From a virus, in IMG/VR virus record IMGVR_UViG_3300047472_000037, positions 2,502-66,501 of that record: DNA of 64,000 bases. One strand, written 5' to 3'. Shown piece by piece: positions 28,423 through 37,674 of this stretch. A program made the translations under genes and the position numbers. The notes under the pieces are model-generated. The model saw only the letters and a program-made list of their open reading frames with translations, was not told where the DNA came from and did no database searches. Numbering within the stretch: position 1 is the first letter of the stretch; every line of letters starts with the position of its first letter.

Positions 28423-28672
28423 AGTGGGTGATGAAGTCATCTATGAGGGTTTAGGTCCTCAAGCATATCCAGCATGGAGAGACAGTACCGGAATCATACT
28501 GTCAAATTGGAATAGAATGATGAAGGTGAAGTGGACAGGAGGACCAGTCTTAAAAGGTCGCCTTGAATCTTACCATATATCCACCCATTTCCCACACAAC
28601 CTTAAACTCCTAACTCCAAAAGAATTACCGTATGATCCTGCACAGCAACCTGATCAAGAGGATGATGTTTAA
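28412..28672 (+). CDS. Small tailed protein (copy 8)
   Basis: MTFRVGDEV...ELPYDPAQQPDQEDDV. Confidence 0.72.
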   Translation: MTFRVGDEVIYEGLGPQAYPAWRDSTGIILSNWNRMMKVKWTGGPVLKGRLESYHISTHFPHNLKLLTPKELPYDPAQQPDQEDDV

Positions 28673-29388
28673 TGCCTATTATTAAGATAGGGGCGGACCC
28701 TGAAGCATTTATCGTTGATAAGAGTGGGACATTCTTCCCTGCTCATAATATCGTTCCGGGAACAAAAGAACATCCCTTTAAGCTCGAAAGAGGTGCTGTA
28801 CAAGTTGATGGGGTAGCTTGTGAGTTCAATATTGATCCTGTTGAGACAGAAGACTCTTTCGTAAAAAATATTGGAGTAGTCCTCACTCAGATCAATGAGA
28901 TCATCAAGAAGGTAGATAAAGACCTAAGTCTCTCTTGGGTTCCTATTGTCCAATTCAAACCATTAGTATGGGACACTGTACCTGAGACGAATAAAATCTT
29001 GGGTTGTGATCCTGACTATAATATCAACGGTGAAGTGAACATCAATCCCACTGAGAAACTGGAGGGAACTCCTCTCCGTACCGCAGCGGGGCATATCCAC
29101 ATTGGTTTCTTGGACAATCTAATTGACAATCCTGGGGATCAATCCCACTTTGATGATTGCCTTTACTTCGCCAAGGGTTTCCACAGTGCAGGATTGAGGA
29201 CTTATACACCTCACAGCAAAGACGAATATGAACGATTGAATTATTACGGTCACAATGGTTCTTTCCGCCCCAAGAAGTATGGTGTTGAGCTAAGAGCACC
29301 TTCGAATGTATGGGTGAAGAACGAGATTTCACAACGCCTTGTTTTTAATGAAACTAGGACTAGATTTAAGGAATTGTCAGGTATCTAA
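28672..29388 (+). CDS. phiEco32-like COOH-NH2 ligase type 2 (paralog 2)
   Basis: IGADPEAF, QVDGVACEFNI, GCDPD, AAGHIHIG, RPKKYGVELR. Confidence 0.85.
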   Translation: MPIIKIGADPEAFIVDKSGTFFPAHNIVPGTKEHPFKLERGAVQVDGVACEFNIDPVETEDSFVKNIGVVLTQINEIIKKVDKDLSLSWVPIVQFKPLVWDTVPETNKILGCDPDYNINGEVNINPTEKLEGTPLRTAAGHIHIGFLDNLIDNPGDQSHFDDCLYFAKGFHSAGLRTYTPHSKDEYERLNYYGHNGSFRPKKYGVELRAPSNVWVKNEISQRLVFNETRTRFKELSGI

Positions 29389-29389
29389 G

Positions 29390-30010
29390 ATGAAAAATAA
29401 ATATCGTGGCGATGACATCCAAGGGCGTCTTGGTAATACGGTTATCCGTTACAAGAGTCATCCATATTTTTGTCAAGTAGAAAATACCACTCTTTGCCTT
29501 TATGACATGCATACCGGAAGTCTATCTGTACGAGTAGATCCGGATGATCCATTCATTGATATTAGTAGCGTTCCTCTTGGGTATGTGAACATTGATCATC
29601 CAGAGTACAAGCTGGCTGTATACCTAAAGCGTGAAGGTCGTCGTCAATTCAAACAGGGTGTAGAGCTTGGACATCTAACACAAGTCCCTCTTCGTAATGG
29701 ATCAGGTCAACTCCATTGGTCTCATCTGAAGTGCAAGGGACTGGTTGATTGCATCGTAGGGAATTACCCTTCATTCGATGTGGCAGTCCAGACAATTTCT
29801 AAGCGTGGCTTCTACTCGGTTGCACTATCCAAGGATGTTGCCCTCAAGCGAGAAGGGGATACTCTCAAAGTTTATGTCAAGACTGATGAAGTAGGTTTCC
29901 TGAAGCTCGGAACCAATAGGGTAGTCATGCCCAAAGTTGATAACAGCTATATCAATATTTGTTATCTGAATGAAATCAAAGGTTGGGATGTATACGAAGG
30001 TATTAAATAA
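29390..30010 (+). CDS. Hypothetical protein of the amidoligase cluster
   Basis: Start MKNKYRGDD at 29390; PLGYVN and R...RQFKQG. Confidence 0.7.
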   Translation: MKNKYRGDDIQGRLGNTVIRYKSHPYFCQVENTTLCLYDMHTGSLSVRVDPDDPFIDISSVPLGYVNIDHPEYKLAVYLKREGRRQFKQGVELGHLTQVPLRNGSGQLHWSHLKCKGLVDCIVGNYPSFDVAVQTISKRGFYSVALSKDVALKREGDTLKVYVKTDEVGFLKLGTNRVVMPKVDNSYINICYLNEIKGWDVYEGIK

Positions 30011-31035
30011 TGACTAACACAATTAGTACTGTCTTTGATATTCAAAAGTCTATCGGTCGTCCTTTCAAGGAGAGGCATACTGGTCTCTATGGTGTTGAGA
30101 TTGAGACAGAGACAGAAAGAAAATACGACTATCCTGCACTCCACTATTGGAACTGCGGAAAGGACAACAGTCTTCGTGATTGGGGAGTTGAGTACGTTCT
30201 GAAGGCCCCATTGAGTATTCCAGAACTAGAGAAAGCCTTTGAGGAATTCCGTCAGGCAGAAAAGAAGTATCGGTTCCGCCCTGAGAGTGTGAGTACTTCT
30301 GTCCACGTCCACACGAACATGCTCAATCAGACCTATCTGACTGTGGCAAACTACTTGACGACATGGCTTATGGTTGAACCTGTACTCATTCAGTACTCTG
30401 GTCCTGACCGTCTATCCAATCTCTTCTGTTTCGGGGTGAAGGATGCAGAAGGTATTCTTGATCATTGGGAGAAGTACGTCCAAGCATTGAACAGAAACAA
30501 TTTCAAGAGTTGCCCATCTGCTGAAGCGGTTAAGTACTCTGCCCTGAACATCGCCACCTTGCATACTCTAGGGACTGTTGAGGCTCGTTGCTTCCGTGGC
30601 GAAACTGATGTCAAGAAGATCGGGATTTGGATTGAACTCCTGAATAAAATCAAGGAGTTTTCTGCACGTCCTGGGATGACACCACCTAAGATTCTCGAAC
30701 TCTACAATAAGAACCGGGAAGGTATCATCGATATAATCTTTATAGAGTATGCCAAAGAGTTGAAGTGCAAAGATTATGAGAAGTTGATCACTCTCGATCA
30801 TCTGAAGTATGCATCTCGTATTGCAGCATCATCTAAGGACTGGACTCGTTTTGGTCTGGTGAAGGTTAAGGCAGTCTACAAGGAGATGGTCAAAGAAATC
30901 CTTGAACAAATCTCTCAGGAGATTACCAAAGGATCATTCGATCAACTACCATTCCATGAACGTCAATTGGTATATGAAATCTATCAGCGTCGTAACCCAA
31001 CATCTCGTATCGTAGATGAACTCGAAGATGTATAA
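30010..31035 (+). CDS. Putative amidoligase (GCS-fold, Amidoligase_2-like)
   Basis: YGVEIETE, DNSLR..GVEY, SVHVH, KYSALN, GTVEAR; ends DELEDV. Confidence 0.82.
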   Translation: MTNTISTVFDIQKSIGRPFKERHTGLYGVEIETETERKYDYPALHYWNCGKDNSLRDWGVEYVLKAPLSIPELEKAFEEFRQAEKKYRFRPESVSTSVHVHTNMLNQTYLTVANYLTTWLMVEPVLIQYSGPDRLSNLFCFGVKDAEGILDHWEKYVQALNRNNFKSCPSAEAVKYSALNIATLHTLGTVEARCFRGETDVKKIGIWIELLNKIKEFSARPGMTPPKILELYNKNREGIIDIIFIEYAKELKCKDYEKLITLDHLKYASRIAASSKDWTRFGLVKVKAVYKEMVKEILEQISQEITKGSFDQLPFHERQLVYEIYQRRNPTSRIVDELEDV

Positions 31036-31046
31036 GGAAAATTGAA

Positions 31047-31826
31047 ATGGCTGTTAAAGCAATGTTCGCATACAACTCTGGGTCCGAAGGTGCTCGTGAG
31101 TTGAAAACTGCAATGATGATTCCTATGATTAAACATCATGGTTCTTCATTTCGTCCGGGGGCAGAGAAAGTTATCCTCAATTGGGGGGCAACTACTGATC
31201 GTTACCCGGCTGCACTACTCAGTTGTCGGATTATCAATCACCCTACTCGTGTAGACTCAGCCGTAGATAAGGTCGCTACGTTCAATCTCTTTCGTGAACA
31301 TGGTGTATCCTCTCCTGAGTTCACAACGAGCAAGGCTGAGGCTATACGTTGGTGTGAGAGTGGTTCCACAGTATTTGCTCGTACTATTCTTCGTGCACAC
31401 TCTGGTCGTGGTATCGAGATCATGGACCCTGACCATCCTGATACACTTGATGTCAATGCCCCCCTGTATGTCAAGTACATTCCCAAGAAGTTCGAGTATC
31501 GTATCCATGTGATGAATGGTGAAGTGATTGACACTCAACGTAAGGGTCTTAAGGAAGAGTTCAAGGATCGTCCAAATGTCAACCATAAGATTCGTAATCT
31601 TGCTAATGGCTTTATTTACGTTCGGAACGACGGTCATGTGGTCCCAGAATGTGTGCGTAGTGTTGGCATCCACGCTGTTACTGCTCTCGGTCTTGACTTC
31701 GGGGCTGTGGACGTTATCTACAATCAACGAGAAAATAGGGCATACGCACTTGAGGTTAATACAGCCCCCGGTCTCTCTGGAACCACAGTCACGAACTACC
31801 GCGATGCCCTCGTCGCAAACTTTTAG
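31047..31826 (+). CDS. ATP-grasp ligase (RimK/YheC-like)
   Basis: LNWG, DKVATF, SGRGI, EYRIHV, LDFGAVD, LEVNTAPG. Confidence 0.88.
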   Translation: MAVKAMFAYNSGSEGARELKTAMMIPMIKHHGSSFRPGAEKVILNWGATTDRYPAALLSCRIINHPTRVDSAVDKVATFNLFREHGVSSPEFTTSKAEAIRWCESGSTVFARTILRAHSGRGIEIMDPDHPDTLDVNAPLYVKYIPKKFEYRIHVMNGEVIDTQRKGLKEEFKDRPNVNHKIRNLANGFIYVRNDGHVVPECVRSVGIHAVTALGLDFGAVDVIYNQRENRAYALEVNTAPGLSGTTVTNYRDALVANF

Positions 31827-31827
31827 T

Positions 31828-31878
31828 GAACTCCCATACGACCCTAAGCAACAGAGGGATGAAGAAGATGATATTTAA
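31828..31878 (+). repeat. Tail copy 9 (ELPYDPKQQRDEEDDI) in the +1 frame behind the ATP-grasp stop
   Basis: 48 of 51 nt identical to copy 7; differences are synonymous in the tail frame. Confidence 0.85.
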
Positions 31879-32122
31879 GGTGGGTGATCTTGTTTCTTAC
31901 GAAAATCCTGAAAGAGGATTACGGATGGGGAGGATCAAAGAGATCAGAGAGGAGTTTGGTACAACTAACATCTGGGCTAACTGGCAGCAAGCAAAAGATT
32001 TTTCAGAAGAATCTCTCTCCCGAACTTTTCTCAACATCCCTAACAAAGCACTCAAACATGTAGAACCACCTGAGCTACAATACGATCCGAAACAACAACC
32101 AGATGAAGAAGACGATATCTAA
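31868..32122 (+). CDS. Small tailed protein (copy 10)
   Basis: MIFKVGDLV...ELQYDPKQQPDEEDDI. Confidence 0.72.
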   Translation: MIFKVGDLVSYENPERGLRMGRIKEIREEFGTTNIWANWQQAKDFSEESLSRTFLNIPNKALKHVEPPELQYDPKQQPDEEDDI

Positions 32123-33180
32123 TGTGTGTGATCATTACCCTAGGCTGCAATGCTTCTATCAAGAAAGAGCATCTTTTTAATGCTGTGGCCAACAACTGGC
32201 ATGGTTTCGGTCTTATCATCAAAAAGGGAAACACTCTCGAAGTTGTCAGGAAGTTTGATGACGAAGGTAGTGATCCCGGAGAGATTTGGGGTCTACTAGA
32301 AGCTAACAAACAGTATGAACGAGTGCTTCATGTCCGTTTCAATACCCGTGGTGCATCAGATCTAACTAACACTCAACCCTTTAATGTGATGAAGGTAGAA
32401 GGTGGTCGTGAGGTTTGGTTCGCACATAACGGGACTCTTCATTCTTATGGTGATGGACAGAGTACCGGTAAGTCTGACACTCTTGATTTCGCAGATAGTG
32501 TCCTTCTGCCAATCCTAGGGAAATGGTCTGGTGAACTTGGTCTGGGGGATTATACTGACCCTACATTCCTAAAGGTTATCACTAAGTTCTGGTCGCCAGC
32601 CTCTAAGGGTCTTCTATTCTCTAACGATCTTTCACCTCTCCGTTTTGGTGACGGTTGGTCCTCTTACATTCATACAGGAGAATCTGAAGGTGAGGTCTGG
32701 GTTTCCAATAAGGAATACTTTGACAAAATCACCCGAGGACCCACCTTTCAAAAGATGGAAGCCGAGCGTAAGGCCAAAGAAGCAGAGGAAAGGGCGAAGA
32801 CGCAGGAGATAATCCCTTTTGGCGGAAACTCCTCACCGAGTCAACTACCTCTACACGTATGGTCTGGAAACACGGCGAAAGACCCACGTATCATTAAGGC
32901 CGTCAACGATATTGTCGATACGTGGCAGCTTGAGGACGCGGAGGAAGTAGCTCTCCTGTCTAATGTCTCATTCGATGAGTGGATGGCAGTAGTTGAAGAT
33001 CAAGATAAATTCTCTCTTGCTGCACTTATCCAGAGGTTGTCTCAGCATCTTTACGAAGTAGTCATTATTGATTGCCAACGCAAGGATGATAAACTGGACA
33101 GTCTTCAGGGTAAACTAGACCGTGCTACCAAGAGGATTGCTGAACTCTCAAACAATAAAGAGAATGACCGTGCAGCGTAA
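32122..33180 (+). CDS. Class II (Ntn) glutamine amidotransferase (paralog 2)
   Basis: MCVII, NWHGFG, HVRFNTRG, QPF, AHNGTL, SDT. Confidence 0.85.
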   Translation: MCVIITLGCNASIKKEHLFNAVANNWHGFGLIIKKGNTLEVVRKFDDEGSDPGEIWGLLEANKQYERVLHVRFNTRGASDLTNTQPFNVMKVEGGREVWFAHNGTLHSYGDGQSTGKSDTLDFADSVLLPILGKWSGELGLGDYTDPTFLKVITKFWSPASKGLLFSNDLSPLRFGDGWSSYIHTGESEGEVWVSNKEYFDKITRGPTFQKMEAERKAKEAEERAKTQEIIPFGGNSSPSQLPLHVWSGNTAKDPRIIKAVNDIVDTWQLEDAEEVALLSNVSFDEWMAVVEDQDKFSLAALIQRLSQHLYEVVIIDCQRKDDKLDSLQGKLDRATKRIAELSNNKENDRAA

Positions 33181-33832
33181 AGAATCATCTTTTGACATCC
33201 TCAAATTAGCGAACTCCAACACACCTGATTTCAATGATCTAAATGTAGGACCACTGGCAGAATATCCTGTATTCATTGTTGGTCAATTGAAGTCTGATGG
33301 TATTTACAACCAGATGCTAGAAGACTGTAAGTACTATGGTCCTGCCACTACGTGGGGTGAAGGTTTCATTCTTAAAGAAGGTCCCTTCGGTAACTACAAG
33401 TATACACCAGAGCCCTTAATATTTGAACTTGGATTAGACCCCAGGGAGAAACAGAAGACACTGAAAGAGTACGAGTCTGCAAGAGATATCAATTGGGAAC
33501 TAGCTGGTCGTCTACGTGGTGAAGTTTATGGAGTACCTCTCCGTACTCTCACTGCTCTAGATCGTTGGGAGAATAATAACGAAGATGCTCACAGAGAATG
33601 GAAGTATATCACCCTTGATAACCCTCTGAGTGACACCAATAGTTTGAGGGCTTACATTTGGCTTTCTGATTGGTCTAATTATGAGACATATTTCAAGAGT
33701 TACAAATCATTGGATTCATGCCCATTTCGTATGGAAAAGTCTGTAGGATCAAGTAAGATCCTTCGGTCTTATTATTTCCAACAACCAGAAATTATGTATG
33801 ATTATGCTGGACACTACGACGGAGATTATTAA
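33164..33832 (+). CDS. Divergent gamma-glutamylcyclotransferase-like protein
   Basis: VFIVGQLK, LRGEVYGV, LTALDRWE, AYIW. Confidence 0.6.
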   Translation: MTVQRKESSFDILKLANSNTPDFNDLNVGPLAEYPVFIVGQLKSDGIYNQMLEDCKYYGPATTWGEGFILKEGPFGNYKYTPEPLIFELGLDPREKQKTLKEYESARDINWELAGRLRGEVYGVPLRTLTALDRWENNNEDAHREWKYITLDNPLSDTNSLRAYIWLSDWSNYETYFKSYKSLDSCPFRMEKSVGSSKILRSYYFQQPEIMYDYAGHYDGDY

Positions 33833-34176
33833 TGGCTAAATTTCAAATTGGGGATTATGTAGAGTACACCAATAAGACATATCCAGATGGACCAGTTCGT
33901 GGAGAGATCATCGGTATTAACTCACGGTATGACCCACACTATTTGATCCACGATACTTCTGGTCGTAATCATTATATATCCAGATGGTCTAATATGTTGC
34001 CCGGAGAACCCACTCACGTCTTTAATAAAACCTTCTATGCACCAGATCCTTACAATAATAATCTATTCAGGTCAAATGCTCGTTGTTTTCGAGTCTCTGT
34101 GGGTTCTCGTAACATTAGGAGTATGGAAATGAGGTATGATCCAAAACAAATGCCGGATGAAGAAGATGACATATGA
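33832..34176 (+). CDS. Small tailed protein (copy 11)
   Basis: FQIGDYV...EMRYDPKQMPDEEDDI. Confidence 0.72.
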   Translation: MAKFQIGDYVEYTNKTYPDGPVRGEIIGINSRYDPHYLIHDTSGRNHYISRWSNMLPGEPTHVFNKTFYAPDPYNNNLFRSNARCFRVSVGSRNIRSMEMRYDPKQMPDEEDDI

Positions 34177-34435
34177 TGTAGGAGACGTAATTACTTATCG
34201 TTCTGACAATTACAGTGAGAAGTATAAGGTAGAGGCAATAGAACAACCATATGAAGGTCAAGTAGAACAGAGAATTAATATCAGTGTCATTGAAGTTGGA
34301 GGAGAGAAACAAGAACTACCTAGAAATGCAGGGTGGTTGACTATCTCTGTATTTAAGGGTTGTAATTACTCTGTTGAAAAGTTTGAACTCCCCTATGATC
34401 CCATGCAACAACCTGACGAAGAAGATGATATCTAG
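34166..34435 (+). CDS. Small tailed protein (copy 12)
   Basis: MTYDVGDVI...ELPYDPMQQPDEEDDI. Confidence 0.72.
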   Translation: MTYDVGDVITYRSDNYSEKYKVEAIEQPYEGQVEQRINISVIEVGGEKQELPRNAGWLTISVFKGCNYSVEKFELPYDPMQQPDEEDDI

Positions 34436-34440
34436 TAGTA

Positions 34441-34469
34441 TTGACACTTAATATATTTGATGATATAAT
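34441..34469 (+). promoter_or_regulatory. Sigma70 promoter of the replication operon
   Basis: TTGACA-N17-TATAAT perfect consensus. Confidence 0.82.
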
Positions 34470-34498
34470 AATACCTTAATTTCAGAAAGTTTATTTTA

Positions 34499-34807
34499 AT
34501 GGATGAACTAAAACGTCTAGACACTCTAATCAAATCAGTCAATCGTGGTGGATACTTCAGATGCCCCATTTGCAACACAGTCTCAAATCCACGTATTGAA
34601 ACGAATATTGGGGACTATAAAGAGGGATTGTCCTTTACACATGATCCTAAAGACAGCAGACACTATATTTGTGTGAATTGTGACGAGGTGATCGAAGAAC
34701 AACGACAAGATTACGCATTCCTTGATCGAGAGGATACATTTCTAGCTACACTCGACCAAGAAGATATTTCAATTGATGAATACTTAAAGGATTTTGACAA
34801 GGAATAA
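34499..34807 (+). CDS. Zinc-ribbon protein
   Basis: CPIC...CVNC, acidic C-terminus. Confidence 0.6.
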   Translation: MDELKRLDTLIKSVNRGGYFRCPICNTVSNPRIETNIGDYKEGLSFTHDPKDSRHYICVNCDEVIEEQRQDYAFLDREDTFLATLDQEDISIDEYLKDFDKE

Positions 34808-34809
34808 AA

Positions 34810-36360
34810 ATGGGATCATGGGTTAAGACAAATCAGCCCTGTTTCTGTGGGAACTCTTCTGATGGTATGGCAACTGATTCCAATGGTAATTCTTTCTGCT
34901 TCGGAAAATGTGGGGGGAAGTTCTTCCGTGGTAAAGAGGAAGAAGCAGTAGACAGGAGCCAGTACACAGAAGAAATCTATGAGCACAGAGGACTACGCAG
35001 GCACACACTAGAGTTGTTTGGAGTGAAGACTAAGTTCTTCGAAGAGACTCCGATTGAAACAGCATTCTTCTGGCCCAATGGATCAATCCAAGTCAGGGGT
35101 AATGCAACCAAGTCATTCAGAACTGTGGGTGATTACAAGGCCGCCCGGTGCTATGGAACGAATATCTTCGACCGTGGCTCTAGACCATGCATCACTATCA
35201 CAGAGGGAGCGTACGATGCCCTAGCGGTCGTGCAAATGATAGGAGAACGTAAGACAGCAGGTATTGCCATTCGTTCTGTCAGTACAGCAAAAGTTGATAT
35301 CATTGCAGACTATGACTACATCAATTCATTTGATAAAATTATTATTAACTTAGATGGGGATGAGCCAGGACAAGAGGCTGCCAAGAAGATCGCTGCTCTG
35401 TTTGACTTCAAAAAGGTCTTCAACCTAAAACTCTCCAAATACAAAGATGCTAATGAGTACTTGATCAAAGAGTCTGAGAAAGATTACTTTGAAGCATGGA
35501 ATAATGTTAAGAGATATACCCCAGACAACATCCTCTCTACCATGTCAGAGTTCCGTAAGGCCCTCAAAGAACGACGTGGAGCAAAGATTGTAGACTATCC
35601 CTTTACTGGCCTACAAGAGAAGCTCTATGGTATCCATGAAGGTGAAGTAGTTCTCATCAAAGCTCCTGAAGGCGTAGGCAAATCTGAGTTCATGAGGGCT
35701 ATTGAGAATAAAACACTCAAAGCCACAAACTACAACGTTGGAATTATTCACCTCGAAGAGTCCAATGGTGAAACTCTCAAGGGTCTGGCAGGTTACTTCA
35801 GTGAGACTCCCGTACAATCACCAGATATGCCAGCATCAGATGAAGAGATTGAAGAAATCTTGGAAAAAATGTTGGGAAAGAATGAGGATCGATTTGTTCT
35901 TTATTCTGCTTTCGACGTTGAAGATGAGAATAAATTCATTGACGACCTAAGGTTTATGGTTGTTGCTAACAATTGTAAGATCATTTGTTTCGACCATATC
36001 TCATGGCTTGCTGTAGGTGGTTCTTCAGAGAAAGAAGATGATGAAAGGAAGAAACTAGATAGGATTGCTCAACGAGTAAAAATGTTGGCAGAAGAACTTC
36101 GGTTCGGCCTCGTTATGGTATCTCATGTTAATGATGCTGGTCAGACACGAGGGTCTAGGTATATCTCTAAGGCAGCTAACACTGTTATTGACCTTAAGCG
36201 TAACAAGACTACAGAGGATGAGTCGGAACGTACTAAGCTCCATTTTATGGTGGAGAAAGCTCGTCTTGTCGGTTCGAAGGAAGGTCCTGCAGGTTTCGCT
36301 GTTTATAATACAGAAAAACTCATGCTTGAAGATCCTCTTGAACGTGGACTACAATTGTGA
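34810..36360 (+). CDS. T7 gp4-like primase/helicase
   Basis: Zn finger, TOPRIM (ITEGAYDA, LDGDEPG), DnaB-type APEGVGKS, FDHI, VSH. Confidence 0.92.
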   Translation: MGSWVKTNQPCFCGNSSDGMATDSNGNSFCFGKCGGKFFRGKEEEAVDRSQYTEEIYEHRGLRRHTLELFGVKTKFFEETPIETAFFWPNGSIQVRGNATKSFRTVGDYKAARCYGTNIFDRGSRPCITITEGAYDALAVVQMIGERKTAGIAIRSVSTAKVDIIADYDYINSFDKIIINLDGDEPGQEAAKKIAALFDFKKVFNLKLSKYKDANEYLIKESEKDYFEAWNNVKRYTPDNILSTMSEFRKALKERRGAKIVDYPFTGLQEKLYGIHEGEVVLIKAPEGVGKSEFMRAIENKTLKATNYNVGIIHLEESNGETLKGLAGYFSETPVQSPDMPASDEEIEEILEKMLGKNEDRFVLYSAFDVEDENKFIDDLRFMVVANNCKIICFDHISWLAVGGSSEKEDDERKKLDRIAQRVKMLAEELRFGLVMVSHVNDAGQTRGSRYISKAANTVIDLKRNKTTEDESERTKLHFMVEKARLVGSKEGPAGFAVYNTEKLMLEDPLERGLQL

Positions 36361-36416
36361 AGATACATATTAATGGTTATATTTTACTGGGATTTATTAT
36401 TTGTTCGATCTTGATC

Positions 36417-36445
36417 TTGACCACATGAAAAATACATGGTATAAT
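36417..36445 (+). promoter_or_regulatory. Sigma70 promoter
   Basis: TTGACC-N17-TATAAT with TG extension. Confidence 0.72.
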
Positions 36446-36567
36446 AACACTTCCAAGAAACAGAAAGAAAAGAAGAAAGAAAAAGATCCTAATATATTTG
36501 ATGGATTAATTACTGAGTACCGTTATGATGAAACGGTTAAAGTACTATAACAAGAGGGAATATTACT

Positions 36568-37674
36568 CTGACATACTACATCAAGAATGGTTCTCAATTT
36601 TCAATTACCAAAGAAGATAATATTGATATCCGCCGGGAACTACCCGTAGGTACTTATTCTATTATGTTATCCCAGACTGGTTTCTATCTAGATGAACAAG
36701 CAACATCTGGGATCGATCATAAGATTTATGGTTCTGCTGTAGATCGTGCAGATCGTATCATCAAGACTTTCTTTGATCGCCCTGCATCCACTGGTGTTGT
36801 CCTTCAGGGTGAGAAGGGTTCAGGTAAGACTCTACTTGCTCGTCTTCTGTCTGAGAAGCTCCGGGAGCATGGGGTATCCACCCTTCTTGTCAATAGTCCT
36901 TTCGCTGGTGAAAGTTTCAATAACTTCATTGCTCAAATCGAACAACCCATCATGATTCTATTTGATGAGTTCGAGAAGGTGTATGACAAGGAACGTCAAC
37001 AACAACTACTCACACTATTGGATGGTACTCATTCAGGTAAGAAGCTTTTCGTAGCCACCCTGAATGACTTCTATATGGTCAATGACTTCATGAAGAACCG
37101 TCCGGGTCGTTTCTACTATTCCTTCCGTTACGAAGGTCTGGAAGAGATTGAAGTCCGTGAGTACTGTCAGGATAACCTCCGGAACAAAGAAAAGATTGAC
37201 AGCGTAGTCACTTTTTCATCTACCTTTAGTAAGTTCAACTTCGATATTCTTAAGGCTATCGTGGAAGAAATGAACAGGTATGATGAGGCTGTAGGTGATG
37301 TCGTTCAGTATCTCAATGCTCGACCACAAGAGTCTTCCATGACCCTCGAGATTAAGCACTTTGAAGCTGATGGTTACAACACTAAGATGAAGCTGTACGA
37401 TCTCCCTGTTCTGAACCCATTGGCAAACTCATTCCAAATCTCTGCCTACTCTGAATCTCTCAAACCAAAGGTTGCTCTGAAGGATAATCTCTTTGGGGAT
37501 GACGATGAAGATGACAGTGATGATATCAATTACGTAGAGGTTCGTTTCACTCCGGGTGATTTCCAGAGGATGCACAATGGTCACTATTTCTTTAAGAACG
37601 ACAGAGGTGCAGTAGTCCTCGGTAAGCCTGACAAGAAGAATGATGCCTTCAAAGAGTTTGTAAATGCACTATGA
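36568..37674 (+). CDS. AAA+ ATPase (probable CTG start)
   Basis: GEKGSGKT, FDEFEK, NRPGR; frame open upstream to CTG 36568 preceded by GAGGG. Confidence 0.82.
   Translation: MTYYIKNGSQFSITKEDNIDIRRELPVGTYSIMLSQTGFYLDEQATSGIDHKIYGSAVDRADRIIKTFFDRPASTGVVLQGEKGSGKTLLARLLSEKLREHGVSTLLVNSPFAGESFNNFIAQIEQPIMILFDEFEKVYDKERQQQLLTLLDGTHSGKKLFVATLNDFYMVNDFMKNRPGRFYYSFRYEGLEEIEVREYCQDNLRNKEKIDSVVTFSSTFSKFNFDILKAIVEEMNRYDEAVGDVVQYLNARPQESSMTLEIKHFEADGYNTKMKLYDLPVLNPLANSFQISAYSESLKPKVALKDNLFGDDDEDDSDDINYVEVRFTPGDFQRMHNGHYFFKNDRGAVVLGKPDKKNDAFKEFVNAL

Noticed and set aside
31528-31878. 116-aa stand-alone ORF ending in the tail
   Set aside because: Overlaps the ATP-grasp catalytic region out of frame, lacks an SD and the family N-terminal motif; only the last 17 codons appear meaningful.
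20753-34435. Tail repeats as a CRISPR array, integron attC sites or DGR repeats
   Set aside because: Spacing is irregular (about 250 nt to several kb), the repeats are coding, non-palindromic and vary synonymously, and no cas, integrase or reverse transcriptase gene is present.
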